Shown here piece by piece: positions 38,267 through 46,278 of a stretch of DNA of 46,278 bases. The position numbers and the translations under genes were made by a program. The first letter of the stretch is position 1; every line of letters begins with the position of its first letter. Origin of the DNA: an uncultured bacterium. Its GTDB lineage: Bacteria > Zhuqueibacterota > QNDG01 > DTFT01. The notes beneath the pieces are model-generated. The model saw only the letters and a list, made by a program, of their open reading frames with translations, had not been told where the DNA came from and made no database searches. The stretch is taken from the NCBI GenBank assembly GCA_963736115.1, contig CAVTNR010000007.1, positions 1 to 46,278 of the forward strand. Reading direction: 5' to 3'.

Positions 38267-38899
38267 ATGTCCGAATTCGACGTCAAAGCCGCGACATGGG
38301 ACGACGATCCGAAGCGGATCGAGCGGGCGAAAATTGTCGCGGACGCGATACGCGCCGCTGTTCCGCTGACCGCGGAAACCCGCGTTTTCGAGTATGGATG
38401 CGGCACCGGATTGCTGGGATTCAGCCTGAAGCCGCACGCCGGATCCGTCACAATGGCGGACAACTCGGCCGGCATGCTCGAAGTGCTGGATCGGAAGATC
38501 CGGGCGTCCGGCATGACCGGCCTGCATCCCCTGCGGCTCGACCTCGCAACGGATCCTCTTCCGCCGGAACGATATGACATCATCGTCTCTCTCCTCGTCC
38601 TGCACCATGTGCCGGATACAGCCGGACTTCTTTCCTCTTTTTATGCGCTGTTGAAAGAAGGCGGCCGGTTGGCGGTCGCGGACCTGGAGTCTGAAGACGG
38701 CTTCTTTCACGGCCCCGGGTTCGAAGGCCATCACGGATTCGATCGGGAAGCGCTGGGCATCCTGGCGCGACAGAAGGGATTCGCGGATGTCCGGTTCCAA
38801 ACGGTTTTACGGATGGAAAAGCAAACGGCGGTAGGCCCGAGAGAATTCCCGCTCTTTCTGATGACCGCGGTCCGATCATCGGATGTCGCGTATCACTGA
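38267..38899 (+). CDS. Class I SAM-dependent methyltransferase
   Basis: FDxKAATWD, EYGCGTG, DNSAGML, LHHV, LKEGG, ADL. Confidence 0.9.
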   Translation: MSEFDVKAATWDDDPKRIERAKIVADAIRAAVPLTAETRVFEYGCGTGLLGFSLKPHAGSVTMADNSAGMLEVLDRKIRASGMTGLHPLRLDLATDPLPPERYDIIVSLLVLHHVPDTAGLLSSFYALLKEGGRLAVADLESEDGFFHGPGFEGHHGFDREALGILARQKGFADVRFQTVLRMEKQTAVGPREFPLFLMTAVRSSDVAYH

Positions 38900-38926
38900 C
38901 AATATGAACTTTTTCCCGGAGTCCGG

Positions 38927-41122
38927 ATGAAAAACATCTTCCTGGTTGCGGCCGCATGGACGCTGACCGCCTCCATCGCCCTGACTGCGTCCGTGCTGAT
39001 CCCCGCGGACGACCCGAACATCCTATACACGGGCCGGTGGGACTTCTCCGATCCCAAGGCGCCTTCCCATTCCTGGCCCGGAGTCAGCGTCACGGTCCGG
39101 TTCGAAGGCACGTCCATCGGTGTCCGGCTGACGGACAATTTCACCTATTTCAACGTGTTCGTCGACGGCGAGCTGAAAGGCGTGTTCAAGGGAACATCCA
39201 CGGCGGCCGCTTCCTATACACTGGCCGAGGGCCTGACCGACGGGCCGCACACGCTGGTGCTCTTCAAGCGCAACGAGACCACATGGATCCGGTTCGCGTT
39301 CAACGGGTTCATCCTGGACGACGGAAAGACGCTGCTGCCGCCGCCCGAACGTCCGGCCCGCCGAATCGAATTCATCGGCGACTCCTTCACCAGCGCGGAA
39401 TGGAACGAGCTCACCGGAACGCCGGATTCGGACGCGCCCGTGACCAACATCTACGAGGGCTTCGGCCCGATCGTCGGCCGCCATTACGGAGCGGAAGTTC
39501 ACATGACCAGCATCTCCGGATGGGGACTGGTGGTGGAATGGCAGGGCGACTACACCAAGAACCTGCCCGATCAGTTCGACCAGGCTCACGCGTTCGGCCG
39601 GAACCAGACCTGGGACTTCGAGCAGTGGGTTCCCAACCTGGTGGTGATCGGGCTGGGCCTGAACGATTACAACGCGTTCGGCGGGTACAGCGGACCGGTC
39701 GCGAAGGAGAACCGGGACCTGTATATCGGCCGGTACCATGAATTCATCGCGACGATCCGCGACGTGTATCCGGGCGTCCGGATTCTGGCCGTTGCGGCCA
39801 ACGGGCTCGAATGGCTGAAAACCGCGATCGGGCAGGTCGTGGAGGAGGAAAATGCCGCAGGCCACGGGGACGTCTTTTACACGGATTATCCCTATTACAA
39901 CGGCGGGTACGCCAATTACCATCCCACGGTCGCCACGCATCACCAGATCGCGGACCGGCTGATCACGGCCATCGACGGCTTGAGCCCCTGGGAGCCATAC
40001 GATGACACGAAACCGCCCGCATTCACGCGCCTGCCCGCGTCGCCATTCATCGCGTACGCGGAATCCATCCCCCTCGAGGCGGAAACGGACACGTACGCGA
40101 CCGTGCGATGGAGCGATTCGGATGAACCCTTTTCTGAGATGCAAAACACCTTCGACGAAACGGGAAGCCGGAAGCATGCGACCTCCGTGTCCTGCGGCCA
40201 CGGGCAGACCCGGACGCTGTACCTGAGGGCCGCGGACGCGGCCGGGAACGCAATGGACACGTCCGCTGTGGTGCAAATGACCGTGGACACGACCAAGGCA
40301 GACCTGGACTGGACGCAGCCCGGGTACGACGATTCCGCCTGGGCTTCCGGCATCGCGCCTGCGGGCAACCGGCCGTCCGGGAGTTTTACGACAACCGTGG
40401 CCGGGGTCCGTACCGTGTATTTCAGGAAAGCCCTGGACATCCCGGCATCCGCGTCCGTCAGCCGGCTGACCCTCATGATACGCGGGGGCGACGGGCTCGT
40501 GGCCTATTTCAACGGAATCGAGGCAGGCCGCTATAACTTCCCGGAGGACGAAGTTCCCTTTTACGGCGCTTTCGCGACCCGGGTGCAGACCTCGGGTTAC
40601 ACGACTTTCCGCATCGACGCGCCAAACGACCTTTCACTCATCCGCGACACGGGAAACGTCGTGGCGGTCGAGGTGCACGCGGCCAGCGGAGCGGACGCGG
40701 GAGTCTCTTTCGACTGCCAGATCCGGACCGATAGCGGGCTCTTCCCGTTCGTCTGGGAGTCGGAATGGCGGTATTACGACAGGGGGGACGGTCCGGAGAA
40801 CCAGGTCAAGGACAAGCCGGCGTCTGCGGACAATACCCGGCCTGCCGCGCTCAGCCCGGCGGGATTCACACTGAACGCGGTTTATCCCAATCCCTTCAAC
40901 GCATCCACCCGCATCCGCTTCCATCTCGGAGCCCGGTCCGCGGTCCGGATCGCAGTCAAGGACTTGCAGGGCCGCCTGGCCGCTGTGTTTGAACAAGGCG
41001 TACGAGAGGCCGGGCCGCACGACCTGCTCTGGGAAGCCGGAGGATTGGCTTCGGGCGTGTACGTCATTACGGTCCGCGCGGGAGGGACTGTGCGTTCCGT
41101 AAAAGCGGCGCTGGTCCGATGA
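38927..41122 (+). CDS. Secreted SGNH esterase (CE2-like) with accessory beta domains and T9SS-type C-terminal domain
   Basis: Signal peptide; YTGRW, WPG, IEFIGDS, SGWG, LGxND, YHP; C-terminal YPNPFN...ASGVY. Confidence 0.85.
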   Translation: MKNIFLVAAAWTLTASIALTASVLIPADDPNILYTGRWDFSDPKAPSHSWPGVSVTVRFEGTSIGVRLTDNFTYFNVFVDGELKGVFKGTSTAAASYTLAEGLTDGPHTLVLFKRNETTWIRFAFNGFILDDGKTLLPPPERPARRIEFIGDSFTSAEWNELTGTPDSDAPVTNIYEGFGPIVGRHYGAEVHMTSISGWGLVVEWQGDYTKNLPDQFDQAHAFGRNQTWDFEQWVPNLVVIGLGLNDYNAFGGYSGPVAKENRDLYIGRYHEFIATIRDVYPGVRILAVAANGLEWLKTAIGQVVEEENAAGHGDVFYTDYPYYNGGYANYHPTVATHHQIADRLITAIDGLSPWEPYDDTKPPAFTRLPASPFIAYAESIPLEAETDTYATVRWSDSDEPFSEMQNTFDETGSRKHATSVSCGHGQTRTLYLRAADAAGNAMDTSAVVQMTVDTTKADLDWTQPGYDDSAWASGIAPAGNRPSGSFTTTVAGVRTVYFRKALDIPASASVSRLTLMIRGGDGLVAYFNGIEAGRYNFPEDEVPFYGAFATRVQTSGYTTFRIDAPNDLSLIRDTGNVVAVEVHAASGADAGVSFDCQIRTDSGLFPFVWESEWRYYDRGDGPENQVKDKPASADNTRPAALSPAGFTLNAVYPNPFNASTRIRFHLGARSAVRIAVKDLQGRLAAVFEQGVREAGPHDLLWEAGGLASGVYVITVRAGGTVRSVKAALVR

Positions 41123-41141
41123 GTTCATGCGGCAATAAAAG

Positions 41142-41222
41142 AAGACCCCGGGGTCTCGATACGATCGTCATTGGATGTCCGGTTTTCTCGATCCATGAAT
41201 CCATCGGACCCCGGGGTCTTCT
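41142..41222. terminator. Long inverted repeat after the esterase gene
   Basis: gaagaccccggggtc...gaccccggggtcttc arms. Confidence 0.5.
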
Positions 41223-41255
41223 GCGTGTTTCCGATGCGGCTGTCTGGAAAGCGGC

Positions 41256-41303
41256 AGTTGTAGGTCCGATATGCCCGGCGTTTTATCAGCCGGGCTATCG
41301 GAC
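41256..41303 (+). repeat. Single GTAGGTCCGA REP
   Basis: agttgtaggtccgatatgcccggcgttttatcagccgggctatcggac, nearly identical to the reverse complement of 34412-34459. Confidence 0.85.
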
Positions 41304-41368
41304 AGCGGGAACCGTTATGCGCGACACCTTCGCGGGAACCCTTGCGCAGAAAGAATGAGAGGTATAAA

Positions 41369-42136
41369 ATGAATCGAACCATTGTTTTTGGAATCACCGC
41401 AACCACGGCAGCGCTTCTGCTCGCAGGCTGCGCAAGCCGGCAAAAGACGCTTTTCCGCGAAACAGCGGCCAGAACACACAGGTCCGTGACTCCGGCGCCG
41501 TCCACTTTCGACTGGGCAGTTTCGTGGTGGCAGCCGAGACACGAGGCGGTCCACAACCGGCTGAAACGGGGCGGCGCGGATCTGCTCCTTATCGGAGACT
41601 CCATCACGCACGGATTCGACAACACCGGCCGGAAGTACTGGGACCTGTATTACGCGCCGCGGAACGCGGTGAACATGGGCTTCGGCGGCGACTGGACGCA
41701 TCATGTGCTGTGGCGGCTCGACCATTGCGATTTCTCCGCGGTCAAGCCGAAACTGGCGGTCGTGCTGATCGGCACGAACAATTCCAACCGGGACGACTGC
41801 ACGCCGCAGGAGATCGCGGACGGAATCATCGCCGTGTGCGGCCGGCTGAGGACTTATCTGCCGGGCACGAAAATTCTTCTGCTCGCCATTCTCCCGCGCG
41901 ACCTGAACCCCACGCCCCAGCGCATGAAAATTACGGAAACGAACCGCCTGGCCAGCCGCATCGCGGACGGGGAAACCATCTTTTTCGAGGACTATTCGGG
42001 TCTGTTCCTGAAACCGGACGGGACGCTGAAAGAGGAGCTGATGCCCGACTACCTCCATCCCAACGCGGAGGGGTACAAGGTCTGGACCGAAGCCATGGAA
42101 CCGGCGGTCGCCAGGCTGATGGCGGAGAAGAAGTAA
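41369..42136 (+). CDS. GDSL/SGNH esterase lipoprotein (PAF-acetylhydrolase-like)
   Basis: Lipobox LAGC; IGDSIT, NMGFGGD, IGTNN, DYLHP. Confidence 0.9.
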   Translation: MNRTIVFGITATTAALLLAGCASRQKTLFRETAARTHRSVTPAPSTFDWAVSWWQPRHEAVHNRLKRGGADLLLIGDSITHGFDNTGRKYWDLYYAPRNAVNMGFGGDWTHHVLWRLDHCDFSAVKPKLAVVLIGTNNSNRDDCTPQEIADGIIAVCGRLRTYLPGTKILLLAILPRDLNPTPQRMKITETNRLASRIADGETIFFEDYSGLFLKPDGTLKEELMPDYLHPNAEGYKVWTEAMEPAVARLMAEKK

Positions 42137-42194
42137 GCGTGCCCCGAAGAAGACCGGTCAGCCGGTCCTGAAACCGGTCATTTAATCCATTCGA

Positions 42195-42223
42195 TTGACT
42201 TTGTGCGGTTTGTTTTTTATATT
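42195..42223 (+). promoter_or_regulatory. Sigma70-like promoter
   Basis: TTGACT-N17-TATATT. Confidence 0.6.
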
Positions 42224-42276
42224 CTATGATATAGGACATTTTGGTTCTTAGACCCGGACGGCTCCCAGGAGGTCAC

Positions 42277-42865
42277 ATGGACAGACGCAAATTTTTCGCA
42301 TCCGGACTCGCCGGCCTCGGCGCGGCCGCCCTGGCCGGAAACGCCGGAGCGATGAAGTTCTACGCCACGCCGTCGGAACAAAAAGTGGGCCGTGCTGTAC
42401 GCCACCTGGTGCGGCTCCACGCGCGATGCCGCGGCCTGGATATCCGAAGGAATGGGCGGCATCGCGCATGTGTTTGATGTGCGCGAGAAACCGGACCTTT
42501 CCGGATTCGAGCACGTGGTGATCGGCGGCGCCATACGCATGGCCGTGGTCTCCCCGGAACTGCAGGATTACCTGAAGGCGAACCGGGATACTCTGAGCGG
42601 GAAGGTGGCGGGCCTGTTCGCCGTATGCGGCAACATGGGCCGGCCGGTGGCGCCGGAGCAGGAGGAGATACTCATCGCAAACCATCTCGCGAAACTGACC
42701 GGCGCCGCGCTGGTCCCGTCGCATGTGTTTCTCGGCCGGGTCACGAAGTCCCTGATGGACCCTGAAACCGCGAAGATGATGGCCGCGTTCGAGGATTACG
42801 ACAACCTGAAACGGCCGGAATGCATGGCCTTCGGGGCTGAGATTCTCGCAGGCCTGAAGCAGTGA
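42277..42865 (+). CDS. Tat-exported flavodoxin-like protein (HemG-like fold); frameshift in an A-run near 42380
   Basis: CAGGAGG RBS; MDRRKFF twin-arginine signal; second frame WAVLYATWCGST, VVIGGAI, LFAVC. Confidence 0.7.
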
Positions 42866-43437
42866 TCCCGCCCCTGCGGAGAACCATCGCCCTTCCCGGG
42901 TGGGTGAAGCGGGAGGTCGATTTCGGAACGGTCCGCAGGTCGGATGAAGGGAAAATGCGGCTGGCGATCGCGCTCGCCGCGGCCAATGTCCGGCACGGCA
43001 CGGGCGGGCCCTTCGGCGCGGCCGTGTTCGACGGCCGCAATCACAGCCTTCTTGCCGTGGGCGTGAACACCGTGGTCCCGGGCCGCTGTTCGGTGAATCA
43101 CGCGGAAATTCTCGCCCTGATCCTGGCGGAGGAGAAGCTGAAGCATCACAGGCTCGACCTGGGCGCGGGAAAACCCGGACGGTTCGTTCTCGCCTCCAGC
43201 GCCCAGCCCTGTGTCATGTGCTTCGGAGCCGTCATCTGGGCGGGCGTGGACAAGCTGATTTACGGATCGACACGGACGGATGTGGAGAAAATAGCGGGTT
43301 TTGACGAGGGCCCCCTGCCGGCTGACTGGAAGCGGGAATGCCGCAGGCGCGGCGTCCAGGTCGGTCCGCCTCTGCTTCGGAAGGAAGCGGCCGAAGTGCT
43401 CAAGGCCTATGCCGCGGCCAGCGGCGTCGTCTACTGA
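42862..43437 (+). CDS. Zinc-dependent nucleoside/guanine deaminase
   Basis: GGPFGA, HAE, PCVMC, GFDEG; GTG start overlaps the upstream stop. Confidence 0.88.
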   Translation: MIPPLRRTIALPGWVKREVDFGTVRRSDEGKMRLAIALAAANVRHGTGGPFGAAVFDGRNHSLLAVGVNTVVPGRCSVNHAEILALILAEEKLKHHRLDLGAGKPGRFVLASSAQPCVMCFGAVIWAGVDKLIYGSTRTDVEKIAGFDEGPLPADWKRECRRRGVQVGPPLLRKEAAEVLKAYAAASGVVY

Positions 43438-43525
43438 TTATCAGAAAAATCCGTACGTCCATCAACCGGACGGCTAACTCATGTAAAGCATCCACCGACT
43501 CACTCTCACAACCCGGGAGGGAAAA

Positions 43526-43753
43526 ATGGCCGACTGCGAACTGCTCAAGGGATGCCTCTTCTTCAACGACCAGATGGCCAAAATGCCCGCGGTCGCGGAC
43601 ATGATGAAGAACGCATACTGCCTGGGCGACAATTCCAAGTGCGCCCGGTTCATGATTTTTCAGAAACTGGGCCGGCCCGCGGTTCCGCCTGATCTTCCCC
43701 CGAATGACGTGGGCCGGGCGGTCAAGATCATTTCCGGCGAATCCGCGCAGTAA
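43526..43753 (+). CDS. Small four-cysteine hypothetical protein
   Basis: GGGAGG RBS; C-x4-C...YC-x6-CAR, VPxDLxP. Confidence 0.75.
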   Translation: MADCELLKGCLFFNDQMAKMPAVADMMKNAYCLGDNSKCARFMIFQKLGRPAVPPDLPPNDVGRAVKIISGESAQ

Positions 43754-43889
43754 AAGCGCGGCACCGGTTTCAGCCGCGGCTGGGTCCGCTTACCGGGTGG
43801 AACCGCGACATAAGTCCTGCGGGGAGGGGAAGTACGCGCTTCGGCTGGAAGAAAGCGCCCGCAGTCCAATATCATCCGGGAGCCGCAAT

Positions 43890-45463
43890 ATGAAGCGAAT
43901 CAGCTCTCTGGTTCTGACCCTGGCCGTGGCCGCCGGTCTGCACGGCCGGATGTGGAATCCGGACCTGGGGAACGGCCGGTATCAAAATCCCGTGCTGTTC
44001 GCCGATTATTCGGACCCGGACGTCATCCGCGTCGGCGAGGACTTCTACCTGGTTGCCTCGAGCTTCAATTGCATGCCGGGCATCCCGGTCCTGCACTCGC
44101 GGGATCTTGTCAACTGGACCCTGCTCGGACACGTGTACGAACGCCTGCCGTTCGAGAAGTTCGACAAACCGGCGCACGGCCAGGGATCCTGGGCGCCTTC
44201 CATCCGTTTTCATGACGGTCATTTTTTCGTCTATTTCTGCACACCGCACGAGGGCCTGTTCATGGCCAGGGCCGAAGACCCCGCCGGCCCTTATACCCTG
44301 CGTCACGTCACAGCGGTCGAGATGTGGGAGGATCCCTGCCCCTTCTGGGACGACGATGGAAGCGCCTGGCTCATCCGGAGCAAACTGCACGCGGATGTGC
44401 TGATCCTGCACCGGATGAGCGCCGACGGGGAGCGACTGCTCGACAACGGAACGGTCATCTACTGCGACACGCTCCATCAGCCCACCATCGAAGGTCCCAA
44501 ATTTCTCAAGAAGGACGGCTGGTATTATATACTCGCTCCGGCCGGCGGCGTGACCGGCGGCTGGCAGACCGCGCTGCGTTCGAAGAAGATCCTCGGCCCC
44601 TATGAGGCGCGGACCGTCATGCATCAGGGCGGTACCGCAATCAACGGCCCGCATCAGGGCGGTCTTGTGGAACTGGAATCGGGCGAATGGTGGTTCATGC
44701 ATTTTCAGGACCGCGGACCCTACGGCCGCGTCGTGCACCTCCAGCCCGCGGCATGGACGGACGGATGGCCCGTGATCGGCGCGGACCCGGACGGGGATGG
44801 TATCGGAGAGCCGGTGACGCAATTCCGAAAGCCCCGCATCGCCGGCAAGGTCAAACCCATGCAGCCGCGGACTTCGGACGATTTCAGCGGGCCGGCCCTG
44901 AACCCGCAATGGCAGTGGCACGCCAATCCCTCGGACGACTGGTGGTCCCTTTCCGCGAACCCGGGAAGCCTGAGGCTGTCCGCGGTGCGGTCCCCGTCGC
45001 AGAACGGCAATTTCTGGTTCGTGCCCAACCTGCTTCTTCAGAAAATTCCGGCCCCGTCCTTTACGGCGGCGACTGCGGTGTTATTCCATCCGGAGTCGGA
45101 CGGCGAAAAGGCGGGACTCACTGTCATGGGAACGGAATGGGCGGCGCTTGGCCTGACCCGCGAACAACGGAGAAATCCGCCTCGTTCTGGGAACGGGGCC
45201 GGTGCAAGACGCGCCGAGCTACCACGCCGCGCCCGCAGGTCCGTTCCCGTGCCCACAGGCGCCTACAGTCTCCGCGTCCGCGTGGATGAAAATGCGGTCT
45301 GCGTTTTCGTGGAGCGCGGATGGGAAGTCGTGGAGCCGATCGGCTCGCCGTTCCGCGCGCAGAAGGGCATGTGGATAGGCGCGAAGTCGGCCTGTTCTGC
45401 GTGAATCCGAACGTGGCCGCGGGCGGTGGATTCGCGGACTTCGATTTCATGAACTTCGAATGA
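43890..45463 (+). CDS. GH43 beta-xylosidase/arabinofuranosidase with C-terminal ConA-like domain (frameshifts near 3' end)
   Basis: NPVL..DYSDPD, SRDLVNW, WAP, EDP, IEGP, GPY, HQG; likely true C-terminus GLFC...ADFDFMNFE* in another frame. Confidence 0.9.
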
Positions 45464-45532
45464 ACCGGCCTCCGTTCAGGCCACCGTCTCCGTCAAGTCA
45501 TCCGTCACCGTACTGCGAACGATTCCGTTCCG

Positions 45533-45747
45533 TGAATCTATCAGCGAGCGCATTCCCCCGCTTCGCGGACCAAGCAGCACGATTTTTAATCCTATCGAAG
45601 GCCCGCCGCTTGCCTTCAATACTCTAGAAATATAATAAATTGGTCCCGCAAGCGGGGTCTTCAACAAGTAGGCAAATAATAGCTGGATCCCGCGCAGCGG
45701 GCGGCGGGGGATGTGAGCGAATATAATATGGTTTCTTCACAACAGAT
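45533..45747. repeat. Composite element of CCTTCAA units (copy E)
   Basis: Units at 45557-45601(-), 45613-45656(+), 45658-45701(+); collinear with 10858-11026. Confidence 0.8.
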
Positions 45748-45760
45748 TCAAAGGACCGAC

Positions 45761-46278
45761 ATGCGTTTTCCCTGCCGCAGACTCATCCCGTTCCTGGTTC
45801 TGATCCTTTTCAGCCCGGGTGAAGCAGTACCTTCGCAAACCTGGACGTCCGGGCCTTTCACCGTCGGCATCGGGCACGTTACCCTGGACATTCTCAAGGA
45901 CGGCGGAATCCCGGTCGAAGGACTGACGTTCGCCTTCAACTTTGTCCGTCCGGGCATCCATGTTCGTGAAGGAATCGTCCCTGGACACGATGGTCCTGGG
46001 TTTGCGTTCGCGGAAGGCGGCGCACGGTTTCCACCGGGATTTTCCGGTTTTCCTGGATCTGACCGTTTCCCGGAACGGGGACGGCCTGCATTTTCAAGCC
46101 GCCCACCTCCTTCGAGCATATCACCGTTCGGATAAAGGACCGGGGCGAACATTATTACGGCCTCATCGAAAAGCTGGTCCCGGACAATGCGCTCAATCCG
46201 GACCTGCGGGGCCGGGTCGTGGACGTGGACGTGTACGGCGAGGGCAGCCGCGATTTTGCGGAGAATTACGCATCGGCA
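45761..46278 (+). CDS. Probable GH31-like glycosidase N-terminus (frameshifted, truncated by window end)
   Basis: AAGGA RBS; signal peptide; later frame reads EHYYGLIEK...DLRG, resembling the GH31 ExxYGLGE motif. Confidence 0.45.

Noticed and set aside
17501-46278. Programmed frameshifting or pseudogenisation in six genes (17501, 18380, sppA, 42277, GH43, 45761)
   Set aside because: Scattered small indels, some in homopolymers, in otherwise intact unrelated genes suggest long-read consensus error; mapping accurate reads would decide
1-46278. Prophage, defence island or autonomous IS
   Set aside because: No integrase, transposase, phage structural gene or recognisable defence gene among the ORFs

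Overview
GC-rich bacterial chromosomal window with about 35 genes. A T9SS-type C-terminal sorting domain, FadL/PorV-like barrels and a DUF3078-like protein suggest an FCB-superphylum organism, possibly KSB1-like (inference). It holds a five-gene envelope operon (TonB-dependent receptor, small beta-barrel, a paralogous barrel fused to a transglutaminase-like domain, FecR/TPR protein, DUF4097 lipoprotein), two sensor kinases, argR-argG, a DUF1015-serA-serC cluster without serB, mscL, mtgA, an NlpC/P60 lipoprotein, an SppA with a barrel-like N-terminal extension, M16 and C69 peptidases, and carbohydrate esterases and glycosidases. No rRNA, tRNA, CRISPR array or transposase was found. The intergenic DNA is the most unusual part. 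It carries at least 9 copies of an unrecognised ~44-bp unit (CCTTCAA - variable core - TTGGT + hairpin), built into composite elements with compensatory stem changes. It also carries GTAG-type REPs/REPINs, an 88-bp MITE inserted with a 4-bp duplication in a REP apex, and inverted heptamer arrays. Several of these elements are nested in one another. Six genes show frameshifts, most likely long-read assembly errors. All family calls come from motif recognition by eye, not from database searches.
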